DNA of 64,000 bases from Patescibacteria group bacterium. Lineage in GTDB: Bacteria > Patescibacteriota > UBA1384 > UBA12157 > JAENIV01. The translations under genes and the position numbers were made by a program. Every line of letters starts with the position of its first letter. Position 1 is the stretch's first letter. The stretch covers positions 6,855-70,854 of the forward strand of contig JBEKTP010000001.1 of assembly GCA_049515915.1 (NCBI GenBank), in the 5' to 3' direction. Of the stretch, positions 18,674 to 28,501 are shown piece after piece. The notes under the pieces are model-generated. The model saw only the letters and a list, made by a program, of their open reading frames with translations, ran no database searches and was not told where the DNA came from.

Positions 18674-20245
18674 CTACATCTTTTCCGGTGCAGAGACACC
18701 CATGAGATCCAAGGTTTTTTTGAGAACTATTTGAGTCGCTTTGATTAATTCAAGTCTCGCCGAAGTGAGATTTTCATCGTCGGAGATGACTTTGCAATGT
18801 TCGTAAAAATTATGGAATTTATTGGCTAGCCCAATCGCATAAAACGGCAAGCGCTGAACTTGATAATCTTCAGCTGTTTCGATCACCACATCGGGCAATT
18901 TGACCAACTCTTTAATCAGCGACAGCTCCGCCGGGTCTTTGATTAAATCCAAATCACTTTTTGATCTTTGATCTTTAATTTTTGATTTCGCGAGGATACT
19001 ATGGATTCTGGCGTGGGCATACTGAATATAATAGACCGGATTTTTTTCCGAACGTTCTTTGGCCAGATCCAAATCAAAATCCATATGCGTGTCAAGTGAC
19101 CTTTCTAAAAAGAAAAAACGTGTGACGTCGGCCCCGACTTCATCAATCAGCTCGTCAAGCGTGACATAAGTGCCGGCCCGTTTGGACATTTTAACTTCTT
19201 GACCTTTTGACATCAATCGCACCAGCTGGGCGATTAAAATTTGAAAGTTAACGCCGGCTTTTAATTCTTCTTCCAAAATTTGGACGCCGGCTTTCATCCG
19301 ACCAATGTAGCCGTGATGATCCGCCCCCCAAATGTCAATTAAAGTATTGTAACCGCGTTTTATTTTAAGATAATGGTAAGCCAAATCGGCCGTAAGATAG
19401 GTATATTCGCCTTTTGAGGTCACCAAAACTCGATCTTTATCGTCAGAAAACTTGGTCGTCTTAAGCCACTGGGCGCCCTCTTGACGATAAATCAAATCAT
19501 TTTTGGTCAAGAGGCCCATCACTTCTTCAACCGGACCTTGAAAGAGGTGGCTTTCCGAAGACCAATGATCAAATTTAATCCCCATTTTTTGAATGGTTTT
19601 TTTAATCGATTCTTCCACCAATATCGCTGCCGCTTCTTGCCCGGCCATCATTGGCTCTTTCGAGGATATTTTCGGGGCGATTTCATCGATATAGGCGCCT
19701 TTATAAACTGCTTCCGCGTCTTTTAAAACCGAATGTCCAAGGGCCAAAATCTGAGCGCCGCGATCGTTAATATAGTACTCGCGCTCAACATTTGCGCCGA
19801 AAGCTTCCAAAACATTGGCCAAAACGTCACCAGTATATCCCCCGCGGCCATTGCCGAGCGTCAACGGACCAGTCGGATTGGCCGAAATAAATTCGAGATT
19901 GACTTTTAAATCTTGACCTAAATCAGAATGACCGTAGCTTTCCCCCGCGTTAATAATCTCGGAAATTTTTTGTTGTAAATAGGGGAGTGATAATTTGAAA
20001 TTGATAAACCCTGGCCCGGCGACACTGGCCTCTTCGATAACCTCATCTTTTTCTATCCTATTTATAATATTATGGGCGACATCCTGCGGGCTTTCCCCTA
20101 TTCCCTTGGCCAAAATCATGGCCGCATTGGTCGAATAATCACCAAATTTTTCGTCGGCCGCTTCAATATTAAAATCCGGTATCTCCACCTTTGGATAGAC
20201 CAACTTCACGGCCTCGATAATTTTTTCCCTTATCAGATCTTTCAT
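18674..20245 (-). CDS. argS: Arginine--tRNA ligase
   Basis: EFISANPTGPL, GADHHGY, KMSKRAG, NPVYYIQYAHAR, APEKM. Confidence 0.97.
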   Translation of the reverse strand: MKDLIREKIIEAVKLVYPKVEIPDFNIEAADEKFGDYSTNAAMILAKGIGESPQDVAHNIINRIEKDEVIEEASVAGPGFINFKLSLPYLQQKISEIINAGESYGHSDLGQDLKVNLEFISANPTGPLTLGNGRGGYTGDVLANVLEAFGANVEREYYINDRGAQILALGHSVLKDAEAVYKGAYIDEIAPKISSKEPMMAGQEAAAILVEESIKKTIQKMGIKFDHWSSESHLFQGPVEEVMGLLTKNDLIYRQEGAQWLKTTKFSDDKDRVLVTSKGEYTYLTADLAYHYLKIKRGYNTLIDIWGADHHGYIGRMKAGVQILEEELKAGVNFQILIAQLVRLMSKGQEVKMSKRAGTYVTLDELIDEVGADVTRFFFLERSLDTHMDFDLDLAKERSEKNPVYYIQYAHARIHSILAKSKIKDQRSKSDLDLIKDPAELSLIKELVKLPDVVIETAEDYQVQRLPFYAIGLANKFHNFYEHCKVISDDENLTSARLELIKATQIVLKKTLDLMGVSAPEKM

Positions 20246-21426
20246 TTTTTTATCTTGGCAAACTTTCGGCCGCCTTTAATTACCAGGCCGGTTTTTATTT
20301 CGATATTTTGAAACGGATCAGAAACTTTTTTATCATTAATCTCAATCGCATTTTGCTCAATTAACCGTTTGGCTTCCGATCTCGATTGTTTAAAGGCCGC
20401 CGCCACAAGATCAATCGCTTTTAACTCATCTTCCGTGATGACCACTGCCGGCATTTTGGCCGGCTGTTCTTTATTGACAAACACTCTTTCAAATTCTTTC
20501 TGGGCTGTGACCGCTTCTTTTTCGGAATGATACAGCTTGACTATTTCAAAAGCTAAACGGGCTTTTTCTTTTCGGGGATCGAACGGTTCCGGAACTTGTT
20601 TCTTAAACCTTTTTGACATGTCGTCAACCTGATTATTGGGAACATCAGTCAACAGCCGAAAATATTTGACGATTAAATCATCGGGGATAGACATCACTTT
20701 CCCAAACATTTGATCAGGTTCTTCCAAGATGCCAATATAATTTCCGACACTTTTCGACATTTTTTGAACCCCATCCGTCCCCTCCAAAAGAGAGAGCATC
20801 ATGACATCTTGAGACGGCTGGCCAAAAGATTTTTGGACTTTTCGGCCCATTAAAAGATTAAATTTCTGGTCGGTGCCGCCGAGCTCAAGATCGGCTTTGA
20901 CACAGACCGAATCATATCCTTGCAAGAGGGGGTACATGGTTTCTAACATATTAATATCCCGATTCTCGGAAAGGCGTTTTTGAAAATCATCTCGCTTCAA
21001 AACCTGTTGAAGAGTGACTTTTGAGCTCAAATCAAACAAAAAAAGTGTGTCTTTTTGGTCATACCATTCACGGTTATAACGCACTTCGGTTTTTTTCAAA
21101 TCCAAAATTTTGCCCACTTGAGCTAAATAAGTCCCCATGTTTTTCTTGACTTCTTCACGGGAAAGGACTTTTCGGGCATCCTGACGCGCTGAGGGATCAC
21201 CAATGGTGGCCGTAAAATCCCCCATAATTAAAACGACCTGATGGCCTAAATCTTGAAACTGTTTTAATTTTCTTAAAGGCACGGTGTGGCCCAAGTGAAG
21301 ATCGGCGGCCGTCGGATCAATGCCAAATTTGAGGCGTAATTTTTGACCGTTTTTTAACTTCTTTTCAAGCGATTCCCGCACAATAATTTCTTCAACTCCC
21401 CTATTGAGCAATTCGTCAATATTCAT
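20242..21426 (-). CDS. tyrS: Tyrosine--tRNA ligase
   Basis: GIDPTA.DLHLGH, GGTDQ, KMSKS, S4 domain. Confidence 0.97.
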   Translation of the reverse strand: MNIDELLNRGVEEIIVRESLEKKLKNGQKLRLKFGIDPTAADLHLGHTVPLRKLKQFQDLGHQVVLIMGDFTATIGDPSARQDARKVLSREEVKKNMGTYLAQVGKILDLKKTEVRYNREWYDQKDTLFLFDLSSKVTLQQVLKRDDFQKRLSENRDINMLETMYPLLQGYDSVCVKADLELGGTDQKFNLLMGRKVQKSFGQPSQDVMMLSLLEGTDGVQKMSKSVGNYIGILEEPDQMFGKVMSIPDDLIVKYFRLLTDVPNNQVDDMSKRFKKQVPEPFDPRKEKARLAFEIVKLYHSEKEAVTAQKEFERVFVNKEQPAKMPAVVITEDELKAIDLVAAAFKQSRSEAKRLIEQNAIEINDKKVSDPFQNIEIKTGLVIKGGRKFAKIKK

Positions 21427-21556
21427 TTGGCTCCTTTTCAGATTGTTATCACTTTCATTTTATCGTAAAACCTGATAATATGTAAAGGTGAAAACCAAAG
21501 GAAAGGGAAATAATTATAACGGCCGAAGATAAAAAGACCGTCACCTTGCTAAAAAT

Positions 21557-24355
21557 ATGAATTTTAAGAAAATATTTCCATTAAGTAACCCCTTAAAAAA
21601 AGTCCCCAAATTTCCGACCTCAAGATTTCGAAAGATCAACTGGAAGAGAATAAAAACCTGGATCCTCCGTCTGGGCCTCGGCTTCCTTCTTTTAATGTTG
21701 GCGCTTTTTCTTTGGTTTGCGAAGGATTTACCGACGCCGGGTCATATTACCAATCTTCAGTCGGCCGCGGCCACTCAAATTTTCGATCGAAACGGCAATG
21801 AACTTTATACAATCCACGGCAATGTCAAACGCATCATGGTCGGTAATAACGACATCCCCACGAACGTGAAAGAAGCAACTTTGACCGCCGAGGACCGGAG
21901 CTTTTATCACGACTACGGGATTAATTTTAAAGGTGTTCTGCGCGCCGCTTACGACGATATTTTTCATGGCAGCGGCGGCTTGGTCGGCGGTTCGTCGATT
22001 ACCCAACAATATGTGAAAAATGCCCTTTTGACTTCCCAAAAAACTTTCACGCGAAAAATTCAGGAAGCCATTTTGGCCATCGAAATTGAAACGATGTATT
22101 CGAAGCCGGATATTTTAACCATGTATCTCAACGAGATTCCCTATGGCTCTTACGCTTACGGCATCGAGGCAGCGTCGGAAACTTTCTTTGGCAAAAAAGC
22201 CAACCAACTGGATTTAGCCGAAGCGGCCACCTTAGCGGCGCTCCCTCAAGCCCCGACTTATTATTCGCCCTATGGGATCCATCCTGACGACCGCTTGGCA
22301 CGGGTGGATTGGATCTTAGATGGTATGGTCACCCAGGGCTATATCACTCAAGATCAGGCCACCGCCGCTAAAGCCGAAGCCAAAAATATCAAATTTGTGC
22401 CTCAAAACGAACAAATCGCCGCCCCCCACTTTGTCATGTATGTCAAAGATTTACTGGCCGAAAAATACGGCGAGCAAATGCTCGAGGAAGGAGGCTTAAA
22501 AGTCTATACCACCCTCGATAGCACTGATCAACAAGCGGCTGAGCAAGCCGTCGCCGACGCCAAACTTTCAAGCGTTAACGCCACCAACGCTTCGCTTGTT
22601 TCGATTGATCCCAAAACCGGGCAGATTCTAGCCATGGTCGGCTCACGGGACTTTTTCAATCAAGCCATCGACGGTCAAGTCAACGTCGCTATTTCGCCGC
22701 GCCAGCCGGGCTCTTCGTTTAAGCCGATTATGTACGCAACCGCCTTTAAAAAACAATTTAGTCCCGGCTATACCCTTTGGGATGTAACAACCAATTTTGG
22801 TAATTACACGCCGCAAGATTACGACGGTAAAACCCGCGGCCCAGTGACGATTCGAACGGCCTTGGCCGGTTCGCTCAATATCCCGGCCGTTAAAACGCTC
22901 GCTTTAACCGGCATCAATAATGTCCTCGATCAAGCTCACAGTATGGGCATTACGACTCTCAACGATCCTTCGCGTTACGGTCTCTCGCTTGTCCTGGGCG
23001 GCGGCGAGGTGACCTTACTCGATGAGACGACCGCTTACGGCGTCTTTGCCAATAACGGCGTTCTGGCGCCGACGACCCCTATTTTGAAAGTCGTCAATCT
23101 CAAAGGAAAAGTGCTCGAACAATATAAAGCCAATCCCAAAAATGTCTTAGACCCGAGCATTTCCTACGAAATTTCCAACATTTTGTCCGACAACAATGCC
23201 CGTTCCTTCGAGTTCGGCAGTCATTCCGCTTTATATTTTTCCGACCGACCGGTCGCCGCCAAAACCGGCACGACTCAAAATAACCGCGATGCTTGGACGG
23301 TCGGCTACACGCCCTCGATCACGGCCGGCGTTTGGGTCGGTAACGACGATAATACCCCGATGTCAGCCGGCGGCGCTGGGGCCATGGCGGCCGCCCCCAT
23401 TTGGCACGAGTACATGGCCAAAGTTCTCAGCGGCACACCCGTCGAGCAGTTTAACCAGCCCAGTAACGTTAAAAGCTGCACCCTTGACCGCTACACCAAC
23501 CAATTACCCAGCGGCGGTCAAACCACGACCGACATCTGCACGCCGTGGCAAATTCCGACGGAACGCGCCCAAAGTGTCGGCACTTTAAGAATTGATAAAT
23601 ACACCGGCAAAATTGCCACCGATGACTGCCCCGATCAGTTTACGGAAACGGAAACTTTCCAGGATATTCATTCCGAACAACCCAACAACCCCGCTTGGGA
23701 AAGCCCCGTCCGAGCCTGGCTGGCGGCGGCCGGGATCTTAACCGTTGCCCCGCCGTCGGGCGATAAAACTTGCGCCGCCACGACCGACCATACAACCATT
23801 AGCCTTTCCGCCCCGGCCGCCGGGACGCAAGTGAGTGGCACAATCAACATCAACGCCTCGGTTAATTCCAATGTTTCCATTGCTAAAGTTGATTTTCTGC
23901 TTGATGGCGTTAATATTGGCACCGCCACGAATAGTCCTTATCAAATAAGCTACGATACGAGCGGCCTGGCTTCAGGGGCTCACAGCCTCAGCGCAATTGC
24001 CACCGATCAATACGGCCTGACGACCACCGCTGATTCCGTCGGCATTATTATCGCCGGCGGCCCGCCGGGTGACGTCACCAATGTTTTGCTGACCCCTGGC
24101 ACCAATACCATTGCCGCTTCCTGGAAAAACCCCAGTGATGCTGACTTGGCTTCGGTCAATATCTACATTTCCACCTCTTCCGGCACCCTCGGCAATCTTT
24201 ACGGCAATTTTAGTGCTTTACCTTCCTCAAACGGGGCCGAATCAATTAGTAGTCTCAAAAATAAAACCACCTACTATGTCACTCTAAGACCGGTGGATTC
24301 ATTGGGTAACGAAAACAATAGCACGACTCAATACTCGACCACCACTTTGCCGTAA
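21557..24355 (+). CDS. Class A penicillin-binding protein with C-terminal Ig-like and FN3-like domains
   Basis: EDRSF, GGSSITQQ, RKIQE glycosyltransferase; SSFK, SLN, KTGT transpeptidase motifs. Confidence 0.95.
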   Translation: MNFKKIFPLSNPLKKVPKFPTSRFRKINWKRIKTWILRLGLGFLLLMLALFLWFAKDLPTPGHITNLQSAAATQIFDRNGNELYTIHGNVKRIMVGNNDIPTNVKEATLTAEDRSFYHDYGINFKGVLRAAYDDIFHGSGGLVGGSSITQQYVKNALLTSQKTFTRKIQEAILAIEIETMYSKPDILTMYLNEIPYGSYAYGIEAASETFFGKKANQLDLAEAATLAALPQAPTYYSPYGIHPDDRLARVDWILDGMVTQGYITQDQATAAKAEAKNIKFVPQNEQIAAPHFVMYVKDLLAEKYGEQMLEEGGLKVYTTLDSTDQQAAEQAVADAKLSSVNATNASLVSIDPKTGQILAMVGSRDFFNQAIDGQVNVAISPRQPGSSFKPIMYATAFKKQFSPGYTLWDVTTNFGNYTPQDYDGKTRGPVTIRTALAGSLNIPAVKTLALTGINNVLDQAHSMGITTLNDPSRYGLSLVLGGGEVTLLDETTAYGVFANNGVLAPTTPILKVVNLKGKVLEQYKANPKNVLDPSISYEISNILSDNNARSFEFGSHSALYFSDRPVAAKTGTTQNNRDAWTVGYTPSITAGVWVGNDDNTPMSAGGAGAMAAAPIWHEYMAKVLSGTPVEQFNQPSNVKSCTLDRYTNQLPSGGQTTTDICTPWQIPTERAQSVGTLRIDKYTGKIATDDCPDQFTETETFQDIHSEQPNNPAWESPVRAWLAAAGILTVAPPSGDKTCAATTDHTTISLSAPAAGTQVSGTININASVNSNVSIAKVDFLLDGVNIGTATNSPYQISYDTSGLASGAHSLSAIATDQYGLTTTADSVGIIIAGGPPGDVTNVLLTPGTNTIAASWKNPSDADLASVNIYISTSSGTLGNLYGNFSALPSSNGAESISSLKNKTTYYVTLRPVDSLGNENNSTTQYSTTTLP

Positions 24356-24363
24356 ATAGTTCT

Positions 24364-25299
24364 CTATTTTTTCTTGGGTTGAACAAAGATCATTTTACCG
24401 GCCACCGTTTGGAAGATGCGCACCACCTCGCAATCCACTTCTTTACCGACCAAACTCTGGCCGCCCTCAACGACAATCATTGTACCGTCGGAAAGATATC
24501 CAACGCCCTGGCCCAGCTCTTTACCTTTTTGAATTACCTTGACCCGAATTTCTTCGCCGGGAATTAAAGTCGGTTTAAGACTTTCGGCCAGTTCGTTCAC
24601 ATTTAAAACATCGACTTTTTGAATTTTAGCAACGCGGTTTAAATTATAGTCGGCCGTAATGATTTTGGCATTGCGGCGTTTTGCCGTCTTAATTAACTTT
24701 TGATCAACCGGTTCGCGGGAAGACTCAAGATCATCAATGATTTCAATCTCTAATTTGGCATTACTTTGCATTTTATCCAAAGACTCCAACCCTCGTCGGC
24801 CCTTGGTGCGGCGGATCGGATCTTCGGAATCGGCAACATTTTGCAGTTCAGCCAGGACAAATTGGGGAATTAAAATATTACCTAAGATAAACCCGCTTTG
24901 AGCGATTTGTTCAAGCCGACCATCAATGAGTGAAGAGGTGTCCACGACAATACTGCAACCGGGCGCATTGTTATGTCCCATAATCCGGTCCATAATCCGT
25001 TTGAAAAAAACTGAGGCGGGCTGCCCTTGGGCAATAAACAAATCTAAAACGGCGACCGTGACAAAAACTTCCACAATCATCGGCACCCAGGTACCGTAGG
25101 CGCCCGGCAATCTCGCAAGCGGCGTGGCGGCCAGCGAGCCGATTAATAAGCCCAAAATTAAACCGATTAAACCCATGAAAAAGTAAGGAAATGAAATTTT
25201 TAGCAATCTTCTGGTTAAAAAAAGCAAAATGATCGCCACGCCTAAAATGATGAAAAAAATGGCTAAATTGGTCGCCTCCACATTGGAAAAATTAAACAT
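24364..25299 (-). CDS. PIN/TRAM domain membrane protein (YacL-like)
   Basis: DTSSLIDGR, GRRGL, GQGVGYL.DGTMIVVE, QT.AGKMIF; follows radA. Confidence 0.92.
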   Translation of the reverse strand: MFNFSNVEATNLAIFFIILGVAIILLFLTRRLLKISFPYFFMGLIGLILGLLIGSLAATPLARLPGAYGTWVPMIVEVFVTVAVLDLFIAQGQPASVFFKRIMDRIMGHNNAPGCSIVVDTSSLIDGRLEQIAQSGFILGNILIPQFVLAELQNVADSEDPIRRTKGRRGLESLDKMQSNAKLEIEIIDDLESSREPVDQKLIKTAKRRNAKIITADYNLNRVAKIQKVDVLNVNELAESLKPTLIPGEEIRVKVIQKGKELGQGVGYLSDGTMIVVEGGQSLVGKEVDCEVVRIFQTVAGKMIFVQPKKK

Positions 25300-25311
25300 G
25301 ATTACTCCTTT

Positions 25312-26619
25312 TTAATTCAAATTTTTTTGAATTGAATCAACTAATAATTTTTGATTGATAAATTTTGAAAAACCAAGACGTTTAGCTTCAGTAATACGCT
25401 TATTTTCCATCGAAACTTTGCGAATTTCGCCCGAGAGTCCCACTTCGCCAAAAGCACAAACGCTTGGACTGATTGTTTTACCTTTATAAGCCGAGGCGAT
25501 GGCTAAAGCGACCGCGAGATCGACCGCCGGTTCTTTAACCTTAATCCCCCCCACGATATTGATAAAAATATCCTGATTACTCAAATTTAAGCCCGCTCTT
25601 TTTTGCAAAACGGCCACCAGTAATTGCAAGCGGTTAAGATCGTAGCCGGAAGATTTACGCTGAGGGAAACCAAAAGGCGTCGTCGAAGTTAAGGCTTGAA
25701 CTTCCACTAATAAGGCTCTGGTCCCTTCCATCGTCGCGGTTACGACATTGCCCGAAATATTGGGCGACCGTTCTTCTAAAAATAGTTTTGAAGGATTAGC
25801 CACTTCTTTCAGCCCTTTTTCGGTCATTTCAAAAACGCCGATCTCGTCGGTGGCCCCAAAACGATTTTTCGTCCCCCGTAAAATCCGATGATTATGATAG
25901 CGTTCACCTTCCAAATATAAAACGACATCGACTAAATGTTCCAAGGTTCGGGGCCCAGCAACCGTGCCATCTTTGGTGACATGACCGACTAAGACGACGG
26001 AGGTGGGCGTCGTTTTAGCTAATTGCTGAAGTCTCAAAGCGCATTCCCTCACTTGAACGAGCGAGCCGGGCGTCGAGGGAAAATCATCCGAATAAATGGT
26101 CTGAATGGAATCAATAATAACGAGGTCGGGCTTGACCCTTTCGACCGCCGCCAGAACACCCGCCAAGGAAATATCGGCCAAAACCATAATTTTTTTATTT
26201 TTCAGTCCCATGCGGTCGAAGCGCAATTTTATTTGACCGGGAGACTCTTCGCCGGAGACATAAAGAACATTTGAAAGTTCAGCGGCCACTTCTAAAAGTA
26301 AAGTTGATTTACCGATCCCCGGCTCGCCGCCCAGGAGAATAATCGAACCCGGGACAATGCCGCCTTTATTAGCTGAACCGCCCAAGACCCGATCAAACTC
26401 CCCGATCTTAGTGGAGATGCGCTGAAAATTGGAAGACTTAATTTTATCAATTTCAATTGCTTGGGATGAGGGAATATCTCTTCGTCCTTCGTGTTTAGAG
26501 CTTAATTTAAATTCTTTTAAAGTGTTCCACTGGCCACAATTGTCGCATTTTCCTTGCCACTTTAAATATTCTTCGCCGCAATCTGAACAAACAAAAACCG
26601 TCTGATAATTACTTTTCAT
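25312..26619 (-). CDS. radA: DNA repair protein RadA/Sms
   Basis: Zn finger, GEPGIGKST, KNRFG. Confidence 0.97.
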   Translation of the reverse strand: MKSNYQTVFVCSDCGEEYLKWQGKCDNCGQWNTLKEFKLSSKHEGRRDIPSSQAIEIDKIKSSNFQRISTKIGEFDRVLGGSANKGGIVPGSIILLGGEPGIGKSTLLLEVAAELSNVLYVSGEESPGQIKLRFDRMGLKNKKIMVLADISLAGVLAAVERVKPDLVIIDSIQTIYSDDFPSTPGSLVQVRECALRLQQLAKTTPTSVVLVGHVTKDGTVAGPRTLEHLVDVVLYLEGERYHNHRILRGTKNRFGATDEIGVFEMTEKGLKEVANPSKLFLEERSPNISGNVVTATMEGTRALLVEVQALTSTTPFGFPQRKSSGYDLNRLQLLVAVLQKRAGLNLSNQDIFINIVGGIKVKEPAVDLAVALAIASAYKGKTISPSVCAFGEVGLSGEIRKVSMENKRITEAKRLGFSKFINQKLLVDSIQKNLN

Positions 26620-26697
26620 GTGGTTAGATTATACCACAACTTTTAGATAAAAACTCGTCATTTTCCCCGAAATCACCTCCGGCAATTGACAAAAATA

Positions 26698-26725
26698 TTG
26701 ACAGTGCTAACTTCATCGCTATAAT
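26698..26725 (+). promoter_or_regulatory. Sigma70-type promoter
   Basis: TTGACA-16 nt-TATAAT. Confidence 0.7.
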
Positions 26726-26772
26726 TATATAAGATTGCCTGCGGCTTAATTCCAGCTCTCCGGGAGGACAAG

Positions 26773-27519
26773 ATGACAGCGTTGCCATGCCGTAACCGAA
26801 CTTCAAGCGAGGTCAGAACAGGTATGTTGGAAGCCGACTGCCTCTTCGTCCCACTGGGTCTACCGACGATCAGCACGCCGGCCGTCATGGCGGTAGCAGT
26901 CAAGACGCTTTTTGCCCATGACTTCATCCCGCGCGTCGATTTGGCCCTCAAGACCGAGGTCCTCCAGGCGGCGATCAAAGCCTCTAGACGCACAGACACT
27001 CAGACCGCTCGCCCCGTCATCGCGGCTTTCAACAACATCAACTTCGCCCACAACCAGCTCGCGGTCTGTTTGGGCTTCGACATCATCGAATACGAGGGGG
27101 CGGAGCCGGACGAGCTCGCACCTTTCGCCGCGCTCTGCGCCGAAGCCGGCGTCTACGGACTGGTTCACTTCAATGATCCTGGCGTCCTCGAACTCATGTT
27201 GGCGTCAATCGAGGATCCCAACCTCCTCGCCGCTCACCTCGACTATAACGAATGCCGCCTGAAGGACTATGCCGTCGCCTATCGCCGCGTCGGCCTCGAG
27301 CCTAAAAGCCAAATCGCCATCGTCAGCTGCCCGATTACCTGGGGGACCAGTTGGCAGCGGATTATTCGCCACCAATGCGGCTTTGAGCTGATCCCGGGAC
27401 TCGTCTTGACCGATGTCTTCGCCAAGATCAACCCCAACGACACCGAAGCGATCAAGCACGCCATCGCCAATGCGCGTGAACACTTTACGCCCTTCACTGG
27501 GCACGAACCCGTCGGATGA
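26773..27519 (+). CDS. GC-rich orphan hypothetical protein
   Basis: Own promoter, SD GGGAGG, downstream hairpin CAGGGCAG...CTGCCCTG; no family recognised. Confidence 0.65.
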   Translation: MTALPCRNRTSSEVRTGMLEADCLFVPLGLPTISTPAVMAVAVKTLFAHDFIPRVDLALKTEVLQAAIKASRRTDTQTARPVIAAFNNINFAHNQLAVCLGFDIIEYEGAEPDELAPFAALCAEAGVYGLVHFNDPGVLELMLASIEDPNLLAAHLDYNECRLKDYAVAYRRVGLEPKSQIAIVSCPITWGTSWQRIIRHQCGFELIPGLVLTDVFAKINPNDTEAIKHAIANAREHFTPFTGHEPVG

Positions 27520-27568
27520 GATCCGTCAACGATCAGGGCAGTGGGCTCATGCCCCCTGCCCTGCTACT

Positions 27569-28501
27569 TTATTTGGAGTTCAAAAGAAGACTTAAAATTG
27601 CCATACGGACATAGAGGCCGTTTTTTATTTGTTCTCGAAAATATAATGATCTTTTGTCCTTATCAACCGCCGGTTCAATCTCGTCAATGCGCGGCAAAGG
27701 ATGCATCAAAATCAGATCTTTTCTGGTTTTTTTCATGATGTTTTCATCAATCACATACCGCCCCTTATATTTTTGATATTGGGCCTGGCTTTTAAATCGC
27801 TCTTTTTGAATTCGCGTCATATATAAAATGTCGAGCTGATTGATATTTTTAATAAGATTTTCAGTTTCGATTATTTTAATCTTATTCTGACCGGTCCGGC
27901 CAATTTCCGCCGGCATTCTAAGCGCTTTAGGTGAAATCAAATAAAAATTTTTTAAACCGATTTTTATAAGCAATTTTAATAATGAATGGACCGTCCGACC
28001 GTTTTTTAAGTCCCCGACCAGCCCGACTTTAACTTCTCTTAGATTTTTAAAATGATTTAAAATCGTCATCGCATCAAGTAACGCTTGAGTTGGATGCTCG
28101 CCCGCCCCATCACCGGCGTTAATAATAGGCACTTTGCTCTTGGCCGCCGCTCTCTCCGCCGCCCCAATTACCGGGTGGCGGACAATTAAAATATCGGCAA
28201 GCTGTGAAAAAGTTTTAATCGTATCTTCAAATGTCTCCCCTTTCGCCACCGAGGAAAAATTCATCCCGGGCATCGCAATGACCTGGCCGCCCAAACGTTG
28301 CATGGCCGCCAGAAAGGAAGCAAAAGTCCGGCTCGATGGTTCGTAAAAAAGGGCCGCCGCAATTTTACCTTTCAGGCGCGGTGTGATTTTAGAAGTTTGA
28401 AACTGCCGCCGCATTTCGGCGGCTTTTTTAAAAATTAATTTTATATCCGCGTCGGAGAGCTGATCGATGGAGATTAGATTTCGAAAAGATAATTTATTCA
28501 T
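27569..28501 (-). CDS. pyrB: Aspartate carbamoyltransferase catalytic subunit
   Basis: FYEPSSRT, NAGDG..EHPTQ, HPLP. Confidence 0.96.
   Translation of the reverse strand: MNKLSFRNLISIDQLSDADIKLIFKKAAEMRRQFQTSKITPRLKGKIAAALFYEPSSRTFASFLAAMQRLGGQVIAMPGMNFSSVAKGETFEDTIKTFSQLADILIVRHPVIGAAERAAAKSKVPIINAGDGAGEHPTQALLDAMTILNHFKNLREVKVGLVGDLKNGRTVHSLLKLLIKIGLKNFYLISPKALRMPAEIGRTGQNKIKIIETENLIKNINQLDILYMTRIQKERFKSQAQYQKYKGRYVIDENIMKKTRKDLILMHPLPRIDEIEPAVDKDKRSLYFREQIKNGLYVRMAILSLLLNSK

Noticed and set aside
18958-18990. Short GATCTTT-type repeats in argS (KSKIKDQRSKS)
   Set aside because: Small in-frame low-complexity insert in a loop; too short to support an element call.
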